NCBI GenBank assembly: GCA_964391585.1
Contig: CAYMMQ010000001.1
Span: forward strand, 1 to 45,780
DNA from: an uncultured Ectothiorhodospiraceae bacterium
GTDB taxonomy: Bacteria > Pseudomonadota > Gammaproteobacteria > GRL18
Length of the DNA: 45,780 nucleotides
Direction of reading: 5' to 3'
Under the pieces are notes generated by a model. That model saw nothing but the letters and a program-made list of their open reading frames with translations. It did no database searches and was not told the origin of the DNA. The position numbers were made by a program, and so were the translations under genes. Numbering within the stretch: the stretch's first letter is position 1; every line of letters begins with the position of its first letter. Below, piece by piece: positions 12,301 to 18,300 of this stretch.

Positions 12301-15300
12301 ATTGTCAGGATTAGCAGCTGAATAATTGTTTGAAGCTTGCCAGTTCGGACATTGCAATTTGATCGGAAACATACTAGTAAACCAACCGATAGTACGGGAT
12401 AAATCAATATCATTATCCAGATTCTCTCTACCATGCCCTTCCAAGGTGACTAAATTGACACTCTCATTACTACATTCAGATAAAGCGATGGCCAGTGCAC
12501 TAAGCAATAATTCATTAATTTCAGTATGATAAGCCTGATTGACGTATTGTTGTAATGAACGGGTCATTTGTGAAGAAAAAATTAAGTCACGACTAATAGC
12601 AACTTCGGATTCATCTCTTTTTAAGTTATCCCAAAATAGCGAGGAAACAGCAGAGGTTTCAGTCCAATAACGCCGTTGCGACTGGTTTTTTTTTGCATAA
12701 CGAGTCATCCGATCAACCCAATAGCGATAACTGGTCGTTTTAGTTAATAATTGTTCACCGTTATATAAGCTTTGTAAATCAGCACAAATAATTCGCCATG
12801 AAACCACATCAATCAGCAAATGATGGGCACAGAAAAAGATATAATTCGGCTCATTTTTCGTGCAATCACTATGATACACATACCCAATACGAAACAATGG
12901 CTGAGAGCCGTTATTGGCTATATCAAAACCTGTTTGCCAATCGGTCAGGACTGCTTCAATCTGATCTGCAGTCATGTCTTTGCTATCCAGAGTCTGTAAT
13001 TCAGGTGGTGGTATATACTGATGATATTGCTGATAAGTTTGTGTTTGATGAGCCTCATCTTTTTCACGGATAAAAGTAACTCTTAACATATCATGATGCA
13101 TCATTAATTGAGGAATGACGGCATTTAAACGCTTGCTATCCAGTGATGGTACCTGCAGCATAAAACTTTGATTCCAATGATGATAGTCAGGCAGCAACCC
13201 CAACTCTAATTGGGAAAAAAACCAGTCCTGAACAGGCAGCAAGGTAAAACTTCCGCTTAAAATCCCCTGCTCTGCCTGTATTTCAACTGGCGACTCAGTT
13301 TGTGAATATTGTAATATCTGTTTTAAGATCTTCAGATTAAAAATTTCTTTAACCGGCACCATTACGCCGATTTTTCTAAGTTGCGAGCTCAGCTGAATAC
13401 TTAAAATCGAATCACCACCAATACGGAAAAAATCATCATTCATTCCTACCGTAGCTAAATCCAGTAAATTCGCTACTATTTTACATAGTTGTGTTTCACT
13501 TTCATTGCTTGGCGCTAGATAATTGGTATTGCTTAGCTGGTTTGGTTTAGGCAAAGACTTACGATCCAGCTTACCATTTGAACTCTGTTTAAATTCTTCT
13601 AAAGCAATAAACATCGCTGGGATCATATACTCCGGCAAGCGTTTCGCTAACGCCAAACGTAAGGCATTTTCATCAATTTTGGCATTGGCCTGATAATAGG
13701 CATACAATTGTTTATGCTCGTGTAATTCATGTGCGATAACAGCTGATTGAATAATTTGCGGATATTGGTTGATAGCATCTTCGATTTCTCCAGTTTCAAT
13801 CCTTAAACCTCGAATTTTAACCTGAAAATCATTGCGTCCAATATATTCAATATTGCCATTACCTAATAACCTCACCAAGTCACCGGTTTTATACAATCGT
13901 TCATAAACCAACACTTTGTCGGTTGCAGTCATAAAAGGATTGGGAATAAATCGTTCCTTGGTTAGATCTGGACGATTTAAATACCCCTTTGAAACACCAA
14001 TACCAGCAATATACAATTCACCAACAACGCCTTGAGGCACGGGATTATGCCATTTATCTAAAATATACAAACGAGTATTATCAATAGGCAGTCCAATCGG
14101 AACGCTATCCCAATCATAACCTAATTTACTGCAGGGGAAATAAGTCGAATCAATCGCAGTTTCCGTTGGGCCATACAAGTTATGCAATTGAGTAAAATGG
14201 TTTTGGTAGTTTGAATTCAGATCATTAAATCGCTCAACACTCTGTTTGCTCAATGCTTCGCCAGAGCAAAAAACATAATGCAATTGCTCACTCAATTGAA
14301 TCTTTGAGCTGTGCAGAAATTCTATAAAAGAAACAAACATGGATGGCACAAAGTGAATAACAGTGATCTTCAGTTGCTGAATCACTTCATTAAGCAGCTG
14401 CGGATCTTTGTGAACTTCCGGTGCTGCAATCACAATACAAGCGCCATATAAATTGGCCCAGAATAATTCCCAACCAGAAACATCAAAGGTATATGGCGTT
14501 TTTTGTAAAACTCTATCAGCGGCTGTTAATGGATAGGTATTTTGCATCCAAGCAAGACGATTAACCAATGCCTGATGACTGACCATGACACCTTTAGGCC
14601 TTCCAGTCGTACCTGAGGTATAAATCACATTTGCCAGCTGATTTGGCTGTACATTCACGGTAACTCGGCTGGTCACTTCTTTTTTCCACTCCCCATTATC
14701 CACGGCAACACAATAGCTCATATTCGCTGACGCTTGCTTATCAATAATGTCAGATAAGTGATGACAATATTGCAACTGGGTTAATAGTAACGGTGATTTG
14801 CAATCATCCAGCATAAAGCCAATCCGAACATCCGGATATTGCGGGTCGATGGGCACATAGGCGCAACCCATCTTGAGAACAGCCAGAATACTAATAAGCA
14901 TTTCCAGTGACCGATCAAAGCATAAGGCAATCAAACTTTCACTCGGCAATTCTTGTTCTTTTCCCTGTTCTTGTGCTTGTTCCTGCCGCTGTTGTTGCAA
15001 ATAAAAACGTTGCAGATAATGGGCTAATTGATTGGAAGCTTCATCCAATTCCCGGTAAGTCATTTGTTGCTGATCAAAAATTACCGCTATCCGATCGGGG
15101 GTAGTTTTAGCCTGAGCACTAAACAGCTCATGTAAAGCCTCTGATGGATAAGGCCGGTCAGTTTGATTATAATCATATAACAAGGCCTGTCTCTCGGCTT
15201 CGCTTAGCAATGCTATCCGGCTATGTGGCTGTTCAAGCCCGGCAGGGATTTGCTCTAATATACGCTGCAGTTGCTCTGCCAAATACTCCGCCCTAGCCAC

Positions 15301-18300
15301 TTCCATTAACGCTGCATCATAACTCAGCCCAATATGTAACTGCTCTCCTTGCTCATGGACGATTAAGGCCAGCGGATAATCCACCTTTTCAATGGCCGCG
15401 CGTAATTCTCCACGCAATGGCGAATGCTCATCTGCCGTTGTCATCGGATAGTTTTCATACACTAATAAAGAATGAAACAATCGTCTACCTTGGCGTTGCA
15501 ACGAAACCAACGGTGTAAACGCATAATTGTTCAACTCCGCAATCTGCTGGTTAATGTGCTGTAACTGTGTCAGTACACTATTATTTTTGCTCCAATCAAT
15601 ACGCAAGGGCAGTGTATTGATATATAAACCAACACTTTGCTCAATACCATCAATCGGAATTGCCCGACCAGATACTGTTGTTCCTACAATGGTTTGTTCA
15701 TCCGTGCTGTAAACATTAATCAACTTATGCCAAGCAAATTGCACCATGCTATTCAAAGTCAATCCGTGCGCTTTAGCCACTTGTTTAAGGCTATTGCTCG
15801 ATAAGCTCAACTCTAAGCTTTGTGGTCGGCTCAGTGTGCGAATCGTATCTAAATCAACTGTTTTAGACAGCAAACTACTTAAATCATTGGCACTACTCAG
15901 ATATTGCTGCTGCTGTGCCCAGTAAGCTTGAGACTCTTCCGCATGGCGGGCATAATAGATTTGGGCCTCTAAATAGGCCTTGTCGGCAACGACCTTTATC
16001 GCTTCGCCGTTTTCTAAAGCAGCATAATACTCAGCAACTCGAGACAGAACAACCGGTTCACTCCAGCCATCGGCAATACTGTGATGCTCACTTTTGAGCA
16101 AGGTATAGTGCTGCTCATTGTGCTTTATCAAATGCAGACGCAATAGCGACGGTTTACTCAAGTCAAAAGCATGGCTACGGTCTTGTTGTTGAATACGGTC
16201 AATTTGCTCCTGAGGGTTGGAACAATCCGAACCATCATGCAACTGAAACTCTAGCGCTGTGGTTTTATGGATTAATTGCACCGGGGACTCTTCCCAGTTA
16301 AAACTGGTACGTAAGATGGGATAAGTTTCTAAGGTATATTCCCAAGCACGTTTGAAACGCTCAATATTAATTGCATGCGGATAATCAATTAAAATCTGCA
16401 CCCGATAAGCATCGTCTTGCGCATGACTTAAAGCATGATAGATAAAACCTTGTTGCAAGGAATTTGCCGCATAAATACCCTCAATATTATCGTTGTATAA
16501 GCGGTCAAACAACTCAAGGGATATTGCTGCATAAAAGTCACTGGGAGTCGCTTGCTGTTGTCCCTCATGGATACACTGCACACAATGGCTGACCAGGTTT
16601 TCTAAATGCGCTTTAAACGCTGCGCTAAAAAGGTTCAGTTGTTCTTGGTTCAGGCGGGTATTAACATCAAATTGTAATACCCCATCAATCACCAAGCCGT
16701 TAATATTAATCAGGTTGTTATCGTGATTAGAGGCTGCCATTGACTCACCACCATCCATATCAGCCAGTGGCCAGTCGTTCTCTTGTTGCTTTGAATCAGA
16801 ATTAAACACCCCTAAATAATTAAAACTAATCGGTGGCAAATGTTCTTGCTCTGCCGACAGCATTAAGGCGCCATAACCAATTCCCTTATCGGGGATGGTG
16901 CGTAGCATCTCTTTGGTTTGCCTGATGGCCAGCGAGAACTCTGTCTCATGCAGTAATCTCACCGGAAATAAGGTGGTAAACCAGCCTAAGGTCCGTGAGA
17001 CATCTAGCTTGGCATCGATGCTTTCCCGGCCATGCCCTTCTAAGGTAATCAAGTGCGCCACACTGCCACTTAATTCTGTCAAAGCTGTGGCTAATGCAGT
17101 CAGTAATAAATCATTTATCTCAGTAGAATAAGCCTGATTAGCCTGATACAAAAGCTGCTGTGTCAGCAAGCTTGAGAAGATAACTTTGCTATCACGCTGT
17201 TCATCCGTCGCAGCCGGCAAGCGACTATTTCCCTCCGAAGATAACACATCAGACCAGTACGCTTGTTGCGTTGGATGTTGTTGCGCATAGCGAGCAACGG
17301 CCGACACCCATTGACGATAACTCGCACTTTTGGGCAGCAAGGTTTCACCAGCATACAAGCTGCGCAAGTCTTCCGCAATAATCCGCCAGGAAACCGCATC
17401 AATAATTAGGTGATGGGCACTGAAAAAAACGTAGTTGCTCACTTGATGTTCAACGCGATAGTTGCTGACATACCCCACACTAAATAAGGGTTTGGCCACA
17501 TTAAACAGTTCATAATGACTTTGCCATTGGGTGAGTGCCTGACTCACCTCTTCAGAGCTCAGACCTTGTGCATCTAAGCATTGCAACTCAGGAGCGGTCA
17601 TTTGTGCCTGATAACGTTGCTGATAACAGACCTCGTTTGTTTCTTTTTTTATCTCTTGGCTAAAGCTAGTTCGCAACATATCATGATGCGCCATAAGCGT
17701 CACTAAGATGGCAGACAACCGGTGTGGTTCGAGCGCAGGGACTCTCAGCATAAAACATTGATTCCAATGCTGATAAGCGGGCAGCAAACCTGATTCCATT
17801 TGGGTAAAAAACCATTGCTGTACCGGCAATAGCGCAAAACTACCGCTTAAGAGACCTTGTTCACTATCCATCTGCGTTTGTGGCTGCGCCGATACCAACA
17901 TTCGTTTCACTGTTTTGTGCTGGAATATCGCCTTCACCGACAAATGAATATCCATTCTGCGTAATCGAGAACTCAGCTGAATACTTAAAATAGAATCTCC
18001 TCCAATTCGGAAAAAATCATCCTCAATACCCACTTGTTCAACGTTCAGCAACTCAGCAATGACATCACACACTTGACTTTCTTGTTCATTGCGCGGCGCA
18101 ACATAACCGCCACCGCTAAAGCTCGGTGACGGCAGTGCGCGGTAATCCAGCTTACCGTTAAGGGTCTGTTTAAATTCGCCTACAGCGATAAACTGGGCCG
18201 GTTGCATATAGTCCGGTAATTGCTGTTGCAGACTCTCTCGTAATGCTTCTTCATCAATAGCAAAAGCATCATCTTTCGTATAATACGCTAGCAGTTGTTT